Part shown: one piece after another, positions 1 through 9,388 of the stretch
Layout: each line of letters begins with the position of its first letter
How positions within the stretch are numbered: position 1 is the first letter of the stretch
Assembly: GCA_016188985.1 (NCBI GenBank)
Contig: JACPGM010000053.1
Coordinates: forward strand, 4,290-68,289
DNA: 64,000 nt
Source: Lentisphaerota bacterium
Lineage (GTDB): Bacteria; Verrucomicrobiota; Kiritimatiellia; JAAZAB01
Direction of reading: 5' to 3'
Notes under the pieces: model-generated
Database searches by the model: none
Told to the model about the DNA's origin: nothing
What the model saw: the letters and a program-made list of their open reading frames with translations, nothing else
Translations under genes and position numbers: made by a program

Positions 1-1
1 G

Positions 2-592
2 GTGGTGGCGCTCAGTATCGCCTTGCTGTGCGCCTTCTGGCGGAATAGCTGGCTGGATCGCGGAATCGTAGTGATTGCCGTGGCGCTGATGAGCGTGAAT
101 TACCTGGTTTGGATAATTTTTGGCCAATACCTGCTGGGCTATCGCTGGGGCTTCTTCCCCTTGTGGGGGTTTGAGGCCTGGTCCTACCTGCTTCTGCCGG
201 TATTGATCGGTGTGGTTAGCGGCCTGGGTGCAACCGTCCGGTTTTATCGCACGGTGATGCTGGATGAAATGTATCGGGATTACGTGCGCACGGCTCTGGC
301 CAAGGGCGTCAGCCGCCCGGGCCTCCTGTTCCGGCATGTCCTCAAAAATGCCATGATCCCGATCCTGACCAATGTGGTTATCGCCATTCCCTTTCTTTAT
401 GCCGGCAGTCTGCTGCTGGAGGGCTTCTTCGGTATCCCCGGCCTGGGCAACATGGGCATCAATGCGCTCAATTATTCCGATATTGATGTGGTCCGCGCCA
501 TCGTGCTGATCGGTTCGGTCCTCTATGTCGCGGCCAACCTGATGACGGACCTGTGCTATGCGCTGGTTGACCCGCGCGTGCGCCTGGAATGA
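2..592 (+). CDS. ABC transporter permease, OppB/DppB-like (C-terminal part; 5' end outside window)
   Basis: Multi-TM hydrophobic sequence with a typical C-terminal ...DLCYALVDPRVRLE end; followed by a second permease and two ATPases. Confidence 0.85.
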   Translation: MVALSIALLCAFWRNSWLDRGIVVIAVALMSVNYLVWIIFGQYLLGYRWGFFPLWGFEAWSYLLLPVLIGVVSGLGATVRFYRTVMLDEMYRDYVRTALAKGVSRPGLLFRHVLKNAMIPILTNVVIAIPFLYAGSLLLEGFFGIPGLGNMGINALNYSDIDVVRAIVLIGSVLYVAANLMTDLCYALVDPRVRLE

Positions 593-662
593 ACTGTTGA
601 GGGCATGTTGCCAAAAAGGTTTTGTAAAAGAAAATTGCCGACTTTTTTCGCGCTGGCGGGGC

Positions 663-706
663 AGCGCTCCTACACGAATACTGCAACAACGGCATGTAGG
701 AGCGCC
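663..706 (+). promoter_or_regulatory. Intercistronic stem-loop between the two ABC permease genes
   Basis: gcgctcctacacgaatactgcaacaacggcatgtaggagcgc: 11-bp perfect inverted repeat with a 22-nt loop. Confidence 0.4.
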
Positions 707-779
707 ATCCCTATGGCGCGAATTATTTGGGCAACAAGCCCTTGATGTCCAACAATGCAAATTTTTTCGATAAACTCCC

Positions 780-1808
780 ATGAATCAGTCCAACGCTCAA
801 AGTAAGTCCGCCGGTCGTTCACTGTGGGCCGACGCCTGGCGCCAATTGCGCCGCAACCGGCTGGCCATGGCCTCGTTCTGGATTATTTTGCTCTACCTGG
901 CCATGGCGCTCTATGGCGAAGGCGTTTACTGGTATTTCCATTGGCAGGATACCACGCCGCCCTACCAGCAGACCAATTTGCAGGAAGAATACCTTAGGCC
1001 CAGCGTGTTCCGCCATCCGTTTGCGGCCGACCCTGGCGACGATAGCTCGCTCCTTACCGACCATCATGGCTCGCCGGCGGCGCCTGGTTTGGCCGCGCGG
1101 TTGCGGTCCGGCCTGCGCGTGCTGGCTCATCACCCGCTCGGCACCGACAACCTCGGTCGCGACGTCTTGCAGCGCACGGTCCAAGGCGCGCGGATTGCTT
1201 TCCAGGTGGGCATTATCACCTCGTGTATTGCCATTCCGATTGGCGTGTTCCTGGGGTGTTTGGCCGGTTATTTCGGGGGCAAGACCGACGATTTTATCGT
1301 CTGGTTGTATTCCACTTTCTCATCCATCCCGGGATTGCTCTTTATTTTTGCCATTGCCATGGTGGTTGGCAAGGGCCTGCTGGGGGTGTATCTGGGCATT
1401 GGCTTGACCACCTGGGTCAATCTCTGCCGGCTGATGCGCGGCGAGGTAATGAAGCATAAAACGCGTCCTTATGTCCAAGCCGCCCGCGCGCTCGGTTTGG
1501 GTCCCTTCCGCATCATGTTTCGGCACATCTTGCCCAATATATTTCACATCATCATCATAACTTTTTCCCTGCGGTTTCCCGCAGCCATCTCCACGGAGGT
1601 ATTCATGAGCTTTCTCGGCATTGGCGTGCAGGGCGAGCCTTCCTGGGGAATCATGATCAGTAACGCCCGCCTGCGCCTCTGGCAGGGCGTCTGGTGGGAA
1701 ATGACTTTTGTGACCGCGGCGATTTTTTTCGTTGTGCTGGCCTTTAACCTGCTGGGCGACGCCCTGCGCGATGCCCTGGATCCGCGCCTGCGCACTTCGG
1801 AACATTAA
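780..1808 (+). CDS. ABC transporter permease, OppC/DppC-like
   Basis: 342 aa with an N-terminal cytoplasmic segment and a BPD-transport permease core; sits in a permease-permease-ATPase-ATPase operon. Confidence 0.85.
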   Translation: MNQSNAQSKSAGRSLWADAWRQLRRNRLAMASFWIILLYLAMALYGEGVYWYFHWQDTTPPYQQTNLQEEYLRPSVFRHPFAADPGDDSSLLTDHHGSPAAPGLAARLRSGLRVLAHHPLGTDNLGRDVLQRTVQGARIAFQVGIITSCIAIPIGVFLGCLAGYFGGKTDDFIVWLYSTFSSIPGLLFIFAIAMVVGKGLLGVYLGIGLTTWVNLCRLMRGEVMKHKTRPYVQAARALGLGPFRIMFRHILPNIFHIIIITFSLRFPAAISTEVFMSFLGIGVQGEPSWGIMISNARLRLWQGVWWEMTFVTAAIFFVVLAFNLLGDALRDALDPRLRTSEH

Positions 1809-1850
1809 AACCGTGAGCAATCGTGACTACTCAGCTCGTCAAGAAATGGA

Positions 1851-1961
1851 ACTACGAAAAACGCGAAAGACACGAAAATGGGAATTGTAATTGCAATCAA
1901 ATTTCGCGTATTTCGCGCATTTCGTAGTTTCCACCTGAGGCGGATCCGCCAAGGGCGGAAA
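1851..1961. repeat. Intergenic repeat family A copy 1 (~110 bp, 'ACTACGAAA...TTTCGTAGTT' arms + CCGCCTGAGGCGGATCCGCC core)
   Basis: Same architecture at 9235..9347 and 53542..53648: inverted ACTACGAAA / TTTCGTAGTT arms followed by a ccgcc-N-ggcggatc-gcc palindromic core. Confidence 0.8.
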
Positions 1962-2017
1962 TTGTTCTCTCCGATAGCTGAATAGTTACGAGCAATTATT
2001 ATTTGTGTTGAGCCAGG

Positions 2018-2659
2018 ATGAACACTATTCGCGCAGTTTTATTTGATTTTGACGGCACGCTGACCTTGCCGGGCAGCATTGATTTCATGGGCATCAAGCG
2101 CTCCATCCGCTGCCCGCGCGACGTGACGATCCTGGAGTTCATTGGGCGCTTGCAACCCGCCTCGGCCCGGCGCCGGGCTTGGGCCATCCTCCACCGGTTT
2201 GAAGATGAGGCCGCCCGGCGCAGTCGGCCGAACGAAGGCGCCGAGGACTTGGTCCGCTGCCTGAAACGGCGGCGCATTCGTCGCGGCATTCTCACGCGCA
2301 ACCGGCGCGTTTCGGTCGCTACAGCGCTTAAAAACTTTGCCCAGGTGCGCCTGGCTGATTTTACCGTGATTATTACCCGCGACCATGTTGAGCGGCCTAA
2401 ACCCGATCCCGAAGGAGTATTGCTGGCGGCGCGCCGCCTGAAAGTCAAGCCCAGTGAGTTGCTGGTCGTGGGGGACTACATCTATGACATCGAAGCGGGC
2501 AAAAGCGCCGGCGCGCGCACGGTTTTCCTGGAGAGCGAGTTCACTACCCGGCGGCCCGCTCCGCCCGCCGATTTTTCGATCCGGTCACTGAACGAAGTCG
2601 CCGGCCTTATTGACCGATTGAACCGTAGCCGCGGAAAGGCCCATAATGCTTCCGGATAG
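2018..2659 (+). CDS. HAD-superfamily hydrolase
   Basis: N-terminal VLFDFDGTLT motif (HAD motif I) and a C-terminal GDxxxD-like motif; 213 aa. Confidence 0.75.
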   Translation: MNTIRAVLFDFDGTLTLPGSIDFMGIKRSIRCPRDVTILEFIGRLQPASARRRAWAILHRFEDEAARRSRPNEGAEDLVRCLKRRRIRRGILTRNRRVSVATALKNFAQVRLADFTVIITRDHVERPKPDPEGVLLAARRLKVKPSELLVVGDYIYDIEAGKSAGARTVFLESEFTTRRPAPPADFSIRSLNEVAGLIDRLNRSRGKAHNASG

Positions 2660-2698
2660 AAGTTGTGTTTTTTGTGCTTCTTTGTGGCAAGATTTTTT

Positions 2699-3664
2699 AT
2701 GAATACTTCTGAAGTCCTTCTGGCCGTGGATAACTTAAGCGTCTTTTTCCGGACGCGGTCTGAGCCGATTCGGGCAGTGAATGGCGCATCGTTCAACATT
2801 GCATCGGGCGAGACCGTTGCGCTGGTCGGCGAGAGCGGCTGCGGCAAGAGCGTGACTGCCCTGGCGCTGACGCGCCTGGTGGCCGAGCCCGGCTACGTGG
2901 CCGGCGGCCGGATCCGGTTTGGCGGGCGCGACGTGCTGGCCATGGAACAGCGGCAGTTGCGCGATCTGCGCGGCGCGGAAATCGCTTATATCTTCCAGGA
3001 ACCGGCCGCCGCGCTTAATCCCGTATTCCGGGTTGGCTGGCAGATAGCGGAGTCTTTGCGTCTCCATCGCCGCGACATTGCGGTTCGCCAGGAAGTAATC
3101 CATCTGCTGAACCGGGTGGGCTTGAGCGATCCCGAGCATCGGCGCCGGGCCTATCCCCACGAGCTTAGTGGCGGCATGCAACAGCGCGTAATGATTGCCA
3201 TGGCCCTGGCTTGCCGGCCGCGCCTGCTGGTGGCCGATGAGCCTACTACCGCCCTGGATGTCACCATCCAGGCGCAAATTCTCGATCTGCTGACGCGCCT
3301 GCAGGGCGAACTGGGCATGGCGATCTTGCTGATTACCCACAATCTGGCGCTGGTGGCCGGCATTGCCCGGCGGGTCAACGTCATGTATGCCGGCCGGGTC
3401 GTGGAGTGGGGCTTGGCCGAAGACATTCTGCTGCAGCCGGCGCATCCTTATACCCGCGGACTTATGGCCGCCGTGCCGCGCTTAAGCGGGGGGACAACCC
3501 GCATGGCCGGAATTCCGGGCGCCGTGCCCAACCCCGCCCGGCTACCTTCGGGATGTCCCTTCCATCCGCGTTGCCCGAAAGCCCAGGCCCGTTGCTCCGT
3601 TGAAGATCCGTGTGATGAAAACATAACCGCGGAACATGGTGTCCGATGCCACTTCTGGAAATAG
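2699..3664 (+). CDS. ABC transporter ATP-binding protein, OppD/DppD-like
   Basis: Walker [18 protein letters not shown] signature, Walker [14 protein letters not shown]-terminal Cys-containing oligopeptide-ATPase tail. Start chosen at MNTSEV (the ORF-track start at 2663 is probably too early). Confidence 0.9.
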   Translation: MNTSEVLLAVDNLSVFFRTRSEPIRAVNGASFNIASGETVALVGESGCGKSVTALALTRLVAEPGYVAGGRIRFGGRDVLAMEQRQLRDLRGAEIAYIFQEPAAALNPVFRVGWQIAESLRLHRRDIAVRQEVIHLLNRVGLSDPEHRRRAYPHELSGGMQQRVMIAMALACRPRLLVADEPTTALDVTIQAQILDLLTRLQGELGMAILLITHNLALVAGIARRVNVMYAGRVVEWGLAEDILLQPAHPYTRGLMAAVPRLSGGTTRMAGIPGAVPNPARLPSGCPFHPRCPKAQARCSVEDPCDENITAEHGVRCHFWK

Positions 3665-4632
3665 CCGATTTACAGGTCTCCTTCAAATCAGGCCGCCGCC
3701 AGGAAGTGCGCGCGGTTGACGGTGTCTCGCTGGCGGTGGCCTCGGGCGAAAGCGTCGGCCTGGTGGGCGAGAGCGGCTGCGGCAAGAGCACGCTGGGCAA
3801 CACCATCTTGCGCCTGGTGCCGGCCTGCTCCGGCCAAATCCGGTTCGAAAACCAGGATGTCCTGGCGCTTGGCTGCGGCGATCTGTTCCGCTACCGCCGC
3901 CGCGCCCAGATGATTTTTCAAGACCCCTACGGCTCGCTCAACCCGCGCCTGACAATCGGCGCAGCAATTGAAGAATGCCTGGCGGTGCACCGGCTGGGCA
4001 ACCGGCTGGAACGCCGCGAGCGGGTGCGCCACCTGCTGGAGACCGTTGGACTCGAATCGGATTACGCCGCGCGATATCCCCACGAGTTCAGTGGCGGGCA
4101 ACGCCAGCGCGTGGGCATTGCCCGGGCCCTGGCGCTTGATCCAGTCTTCATCGTAGCCGATGAGCCGGTCTCGGCGCTGGATGTTTCGGTGCAAGCGCAA
4201 ATCCTGAACTTGCTTAAAGATCTCCAGCTCTCGCGCAACCTGGCCTATCTCTTCATTGCTCATGACCTTTCCGTGGTGCGCTATATGTGCAGCCGGGTGC
4301 TGGTCATGTATTTCGGCCGGATCGTCGAGGCGGCGGATGCCGCCGAGCTTTTTGCGCATCCGGCGCATCCTTATACCCGGACGCTGCTGGCCGCCGTGCC
4401 GGATATTGAGAGAGGATTGCGCGCCGCGCGCGCGCGCTCAGCGGTCGCGCAAGGCGAAGTACCCAGCGTCAGCACTGCGGTAGAAGGTTGTTCCTTCCAT
4501 CCCCGTTGCCCCTATGCCGAGGAGATCTGCCGAGAGCAGACGCCGAAAGACCACGAGGTCAGCCCGGGCCATACCAGCCGTTGCCATTTCGCCGGGACAA
4601 TAAGATTGCATCGGGGCATGATATCTCAGTAA
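3646..4632 (+). CDS. ABC transporter ATP-binding protein, OppF/DppF-like
   Basis: Walker [19 protein letters not shown] signature, Walker B IVADEPVSALD; 19-nt overlap with the upstream ATPase gene. Confidence 0.9.
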   Translation: MPLLEIADLQVSFKSGRRQEVRAVDGVSLAVASGESVGLVGESGCGKSTLGNTILRLVPACSGQIRFENQDVLALGCGDLFRYRRRAQMIFQDPYGSLNPRLTIGAAIEECLAVHRLGNRLERRERVRHLLETVGLESDYAARYPHEFSGGQRQRVGIARALALDPVFIVADEPVSALDVSVQAQILNLLKDLQLSRNLAYLFIAHDLSVVRYMCSRVLVMYFGRIVEAADAAELFAHPAHPYTRTLLAAVPDIERGLRAARARSAVAQGEVPSVSTAVEGCSFHPRCPYAEEICREQTPKDHEVSPGHTSRCHFAGTIRLHRGMISQ

Positions 4633-4717
4633 CAACGCTTAAAAGCAAGAAGTTGCTGCTTACCACAGAGACACAGAGATGGCATTGAATAAGAATGCGT
4701 ATTAAGGATCTGTTCGC

Positions 4718-6052
4718 ATGACGAATTCCGACAAGTATGTGCCGAGGCCGGGATGGCACGGTTGGGCGGCGCGGGTCCGGTGCTTTCCGCTCCTGCTGGC
4801 TGCGCCGTTTCTCTGCGGGTTCGCCGGACCGAGCCAAGCCCTGCACGGCGCGGATGTCGCGTTATACAACGACTCGACCGCGCCATATTACAATGGCGCA
4901 TGGCAGGACGGTTTGACGGCCATCCGCAACATGCTGGCGACCATCGGGCTATCTTATGAGGAAATTAATTACTGGGACCTGGACACGTCCTTCCAGGATT
5001 TTTCCAGCCTGTACAAGATCATCTTGATGCCCGGCGGATACGCTCCTTATTACAATTACTGGATCAACCGGACCGGCAAGGACCGCATCCGTGCGTTTGT
5101 CCAATCCGGTGGCGCGTACTTCGGGATCTGCGCCGGAGCCTATTTCGCGTGCGATACCGTGACCTGGGGCGACACGGTGTATGACGACGATGCCGGTTAT
5201 GACCTGGACCTATTCCCGGGTTCCGCCATGGGCGACATAGGCAGCATCGCCGACTACTACGCCGGCAACTGGACCATGACGACGTTAAACTTCACCGCGG
5301 CCAACAGTATTCTCCGCCGGTATAAGACGGTCCCGTACACCGAAGATCTTATTTTTCTCGGTGGGCCCAGTTTCGTTGGTTACGAGCAATACCCTGTCAC
5401 GGTTCTCGCATCGTTCGCCAGCCACGGTCGGCCAGGGATCGTCGCGTTCCCATACGGGTCCGGCCGGGTGATTCTGTCGGGGCCACACCCGGAAATCGAG
5501 GAGGACTCCGCCCGTGACGGTGTTACCCTGTCTGGGGAAGACCAACTTGACGACCGGGGTTCGGATTGGGACTTCACGCTGCACCTGGTTGTCTGGTTGG
5601 CCTACCCCCAGTCCAACCCGATCATGGATATTCCGATGGGGCAGACCACCTTCGCTTATACCCCCGTGGTTACCCCGTCCCGTAGCGCCATTCCAGCGGA
5701 TGCCCGGCCGGTCGGTCTGGGTCCGGTCGCCACCAACGGCAACGAACTGGCCATCTCCATCTCGCTCTACCAGTTCATGACGCCGGTAGACATGTATTTC
5801 GGTTATTCCGCCGCGGATGATCCGGCGACCATTCACATTCTACGGCCGGACGGCGCATTGCAACCCATGGCCGAAGGTCTGATCCCGTTTCAGGCAAGCG
5901 TTCTGGACCCGGTGGCGGTTTCGTTCGGCGGAGGAATTCCGATTGCGGCCATCCGGCCTGGCACATACACCCTGTATTTCGCGGCCGCCCCAGCGGGCCG
6001 GACCGATGCCTACTACCTCTGGACCACAACGCTAACAATCCCGGGTTCGTAA
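4718..6052 (+). CDS. Secreted hypothetical protein with a class-I glutamine-amidotransferase-like / BPL_N-like domain
   Basis: Signal peptide (LLLAAPFLCGFAGPSQA); central GGYAPYY...GGAYFGICAGAYFACD motif resembling the biotin-protein-ligase N-terminal (GATase1-like) fold; 444 aa. Confidence 0.5.
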   Translation: MTNSDKYVPRPGWHGWAARVRCFPLLLAAPFLCGFAGPSQALHGADVALYNDSTAPYYNGAWQDGLTAIRNMLATIGLSYEEINYWDLDTSFQDFSSLYKIILMPGGYAPYYNYWINRTGKDRIRAFVQSGGAYFGICAGAYFACDTVTWGDTVYDDDAGYDLDLFPGSAMGDIGSIADYYAGNWTMTTLNFTAANSILRRYKTVPYTEDLIFLGGPSFVGYEQYPVTVLASFASHGRPGIVAFPYGSGRVILSGPHPEIEEDSARDGVTLSGEDQLDDRGSDWDFTLHLVVWLAYPQSNPIMDIPMGQTTFAYTPVVTPSRSAIPADARPVGLGPVATNGNELAISISLYQFMTPVDMYFGYSAADDPATIHILRPDGALQPMAEGLIPFQASVLDPVAVSFGGGIPIAAIRPGTYTLYFAAAPAGRTDAYYLWTTTLTIPGS

Positions 6053-6291
6053 CTTCGGTCCGGGTCTCGGAATAAGGGGAATCAGGGACGCATCCGAATC
6101 GCGCGAAGCAGGGTTTGCGGCCGGGTTTCTTTTGAATCGCCCTTACAAAAACATCACAAAAAAACATCAAAAAAAGTGTAATCTCACTGACGCAGGTGGG
6201 TATCTGTTGTAGGCCCGCATAGCATGCGGGCAATCGCGCCACATTGTGGCGCGCTACAGTTGTCACCACCCATTGACTATAAGGGGCTACG

Positions 6292-7206
6292 TCAAAAATT
6301 CAAGGTCAGGCCGTCGTAGGCCAGAGTGATCCCCTGTTTTGCCAACCGCTCCGCGGCCACCTCGTGTTCCGGAACCATTGTGCTCGTACTCAGGTGGGAA
6401 TAAACCAGGATCGTCTCCGGTTTGATCATGTTGGCGCCGCGATACTCCGCCAGATCCTCCGCCAACATGGCGTAATTATGGTGCCCGGTGCCGGTCGGGT
6501 CCACCGCCAAGTCGCAATAGCTGGCGTCCAGGATCATGATGTCGAACCGATAGCGCGCCATAAACTCCAGCGTTTTCGGCAGCGTGTAGCTGCAATCGAG
6601 CCCGTAGAACAGCGTCTTCCCGTCGCGTTCGATAATGTAGTTCAGGGCCTGCTGTTCCAGGATCGTATATTCCTTGTCCATCTGCCGATTGATAAAGTGA
6701 GCGGCCAGGACGGGGGTCACCCGCAGGGAGCTCAGGCGGAACGGTTTTTCCAGCACAACGGTTTTGACGCGCAAGTTGGTCACGGGCCGGGAGTTCAGGA
6801 TATGGCGTTTGCGGGTGTTGTCCCAGCGATAGGTCTGGGCAAAGGCGATGGCATCCCGAATCATGGTGTTGCCGTAAACACGCAGCGGGTGATCCAACGC
6901 CGCGGCAAAGGGAAATATGGCGGCGGGAAAGAAATGGTCGTAGTGCCCGTGCGTGATCAGCAGATGGCGCACGGCCCGTTCTGGAATACCGTACTCCTGG
7001 AGTCGCGCGCGCGCGCCCTCGCCAAAATCCACGATGATGTCGGGCGCAATGAAAAGCGAGGCGGAGGAACGAATGTTTTTCCCGCCCAGGCGCAGCGCCT
7101 CCATGTATTTCGGATCGTCTTTATAGGCGGCCTCGTTAACGCTGCCCGGCGCATGGTAGTCGCCCCCGCCCGTGCCAAGGAACTGAATGTATTTTCCTTG
7201 TTTCAT
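6292..7206 (-). CDS. MBL-fold metallo-hydrolase
   Basis: LITHGHYDHF (HxHxDH) metallo-beta-lactamase motif; 304 aa. Confidence 0.8.
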   Translation of the reverse strand: MKQGKYIQFLGTGGGDYHAPGSVNEAAYKDDPKYMEALRLGGKNIRSSASLFIAPDIIVDFGEGARARLQEYGIPERAVRHLLITHGHYDHFFPAAIFPFAAALDHPLRVYGNTMIRDAIAFAQTYRWDNTRKRHILNSRPVTNLRVKTVVLEKPFRLSSLRVTPVLAAHFINRQMDKEYTILEQQALNYIIERDGKTLFYGLDCSYTLPKTLEFMARYRFDIMILDASYCDLAVDPTGTGHHNYAMLAEDLAEYRGANMIKPETILVYSHLSTSTMVPEHEVAAERLAKQGITLAYDGLTLNF

Positions 7207-7209
7207 GGA

Positions 7210-8895
7210 TTAGACCACCTCATAGTAATGATAGCGATCGCAGCGAAAGCCTTCCAGCGTCGTCAGTTTGACCCGCCGGCCACCAGGGGCCGGCGTGGGC
7301 GGTTTGATCTCCACCCGGTCTGCATACCCCACGTCAACCTTGGCAAAGTTGCTCCCATCGCCGTCTGGCGTGGAATCCCACGCGGCATACATGTCTGCTC
7401 CCCGGTCCAGGTAAGAATACACATAGTCCCGCCAGGCCTTGTAGTCGGAGGAAAACAGGTCCCACGGATACAGCAGCGGAATGAGCCGGATGTTTTTGCG
7501 GCCCTCCAGGCGATTGAAGTAATCGAAATCCAGGCTTTTGGGATCGTCCCGATGCACGTCGTTTTCACTGAAAACCTGGCCCGTCGGCAGGAGATCGTCA
7601 ATGATCCCCGCTTGCACCCACGTCGCAACGTCCAATCCCCACCGTCGGCAATCGAGTTCGTTGCCGGGAACGATGACCGATAGGCGCTGTCCCCGGTTCA
7701 AACAGGCCTTCGCTTTTTTGATGAACGGTGTCAGCACCGATGCCTGAAACGCCATCCAGCGCGCATCCGTTTCCGGCAGATCGCGCGGGTCAAGGCTGTA
7801 GCGCTTTTTGAATCCTGCCACCATGATCTTTTCATAGAGCACCAGCGGCACGCCGCGGATGAAACACAGACAGACGCCGTCCGGCTTGTAGCCGGCGATC
7901 TCCTTGATCAGCGCGAGCATATGCGCCTGGACTTCGGGGTAGGCGTAACTCAGACGCATCACCCGCTGGCCACGGCTGTCAAAACAATGAAATTCCGGAT
8001 GACGATGGAAGAAATTGGAATGCAGGCTTGTCTTGTCGAAGGGAAACGGCGCGTCAAAGGCCTCCATCCGCAGGTACGTCTGAAATTCCCACTTCCGCCG
8101 GCGCGTATAGTCCCGCATGAGTTTGAGGCTGTCCCACCCGTTCTTGCGCCAGAGCGCCATATTCCCATAAAGGGTCCGGTAGTTGGCCGCCAGGAACCGG
8201 CCCTGGGTCGGGTAGAAGTTTCCCACGCTGGTCGGATAGTTACACATGTCGCCGGTGCCGAGTCCCCAAAGCAACATGCGCATGCAGGTATGCTCGGGAA
8301 TCATTTCAAACGGCTCCAGCAAATCCTCCGGGCGGCAATGCGGACGTTCGCCGAAGATGCCGTGACCGTCGTTGGTCACCACCAGGGGGTGGCGGACTTT
8401 TCGCGGCTTGACCGGTTTGGGCGAACGAATCGGCTCCAACCGCAGAAACGCCAGCGCACACCCCCGCAGCGCACCAGCACTGAACGAGGGCTCCACAATC
8501 AGCGTTTGCCCCGTCAACTCCGCGTCGCGCCACCATGTTTCGTGGAGCGCCACGGATTCGGTGTACAGGTCCGATCGCGCGCCTGCGGGCGACGAGACGG
8601 GACGCGAACAGAGATCCCCGCTCAACCTTAAGCGCAGTGAATCCCCGTGACAGAAACTGAACAGCGCCACCCAGACCCGATACCAGCCCTTGACATTGAG
8701 CCTGACCGCGATGGGCGCCGGCTTGGGGCCTGTGCCGCAACCAAGCATGACGCCGGCGAAGCCCTCCGTCGTATAGGGAACCGCTCGCCAAAGATTCGGG
8801 TCATCCGGGTTGACCAAACGCTTGTTGGCCATTTTGGCGACATCGCTGATCAGGATGTTGCCACGACTGCGGCGCGGCCGTGAAATGGTTCTCAT
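7210..8895 (-). CDS. Hypothetical protein (~560 aa), possibly glycoside-hydrolase-like; co-oriented with and immediately upstream of the MBL hydrolase gene
   Basis: Long ORF with coding-like composition, no motif recognised with certainty; true start may be the internal MANKRL.. Met (~8832). Confidence 0.45.
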   Translation of the reverse strand: MRTISRPRRSRGNILISDVAKMANKRLVNPDDPNLWRAVPYTTEGFAGVMLGCGTGPKPAPIAVRLNVKGWYRVWVALFSFCHGDSLRLRLSGDLCSRPVSSPAGARSDLYTESVALHETWWRDAELTGQTLIVEPSFSAGALRGCALAFLRLEPIRSPKPVKPRKVRHPLVVTNDGHGIFGERPHCRPEDLLEPFEMIPEHTCMRMLLWGLGTGDMCNYPTSVGNFYPTQGRFLAANYRTLYGNMALWRKNGWDSLKLMRDYTRRRKWEFQTYLRMEAFDAPFPFDKTSLHSNFFHRHPEFHCFDSRGQRVMRLSYAYPEVQAHMLALIKEIAGYKPDGVCLCFIRGVPLVLYEKIMVAGFKKRYSLDPRDLPETDARWMAFQASVLTPFIKKAKACLNRGQRLSVIVPGNELDCRRWGLDVATWVQAGIIDDLLPTGQVFSENDVHRDDPKSLDFDYFNRLEGRKNIRLIPLLYPWDLFSSDYKAWRDYVYSYLDRGADMYAAWDSTPDGDGSNFAKVDVGYADRVEIKPPTPAPGGRRVKLTTLEGFRCDRYHYYEVV

Positions 8896-8978
8896 GTTCG
8901 TTCTTTTATTGTGTGGTGTGTTCCTTAGTTGATTATTCGCGGCCGGCCGGCTGCCGTCAAGCGATCACGGGCGGCAGC

Positions 8979-9188
8979 TTAGGGCCGCTGACCTTGCTCA
9001 GTGGCGCGCGCGGAGAGCGGTTCCGATTTTTCATGGCTCAGGTGCCAGAAGCGCGCGAGCAGTCCCAGCAGCAGCAAGCCGAAAACTACGGCGAGAGCCA
9101 GCCGCTCGTTGGGTGTCAGGTAAAACCAGGCCCGCGGCAGACCGCGCCACCGGCCATTTCCTTTTTCGGATGATTCAGAGGTAGGCAT
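8979..9188 (-). CDS. Small putative membrane protein (69 aa)
   Basis: Single hydrophobic helix LALAVVFGLLLLGLLARFW; short ORF upstream of the 7210..8895 gene; could be spurious. Confidence 0.25.
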   Translation of the reverse strand: MPTSESSEKGNGRWRGLPRAWFYLTPNERLALAVVFGLLLLGLLARFWHLSHEKSEPLSARATEQGQRP

Positions 9189-9234
9189 GGATAGGAATAA
9201 GGAATTGTATCTACTCTACCCGTGAAAATTATTA

Positions 9235-9347
9235 ACTACGAAATGCGCAAAATACGCGAAACTTTCAATATAATTTCATTTACCATTTTCGCGCCTTTTC
9301 CGCCTGAGGCGGATCTGCCTTAGGCATGACGCGTTTTTCGTAGTTTC
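9235..9347. repeat. Intergenic repeat family A copy 2
   Basis: actacgaaatgcgc...ccgcctgaggcggatctgccttaggcatgacgcgtttttcgtagttt; core nearly identical to 56738..56776. Confidence 0.8.
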
Positions 9348-9388
9348 ATTTCTTGACGACCTGGGCAGTTGCGGCCTTGCCGACTAAT

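Noticed and set aside
6364-7683. 439-aa plus-strand ORF
   Set aside because: Lies antisense across the MBL hydrolase gene and the 561-aa gene. Its product is Arg/Gly/Pro/Val-rich with no motifs, as expected for a GC-driven shadow ORF.
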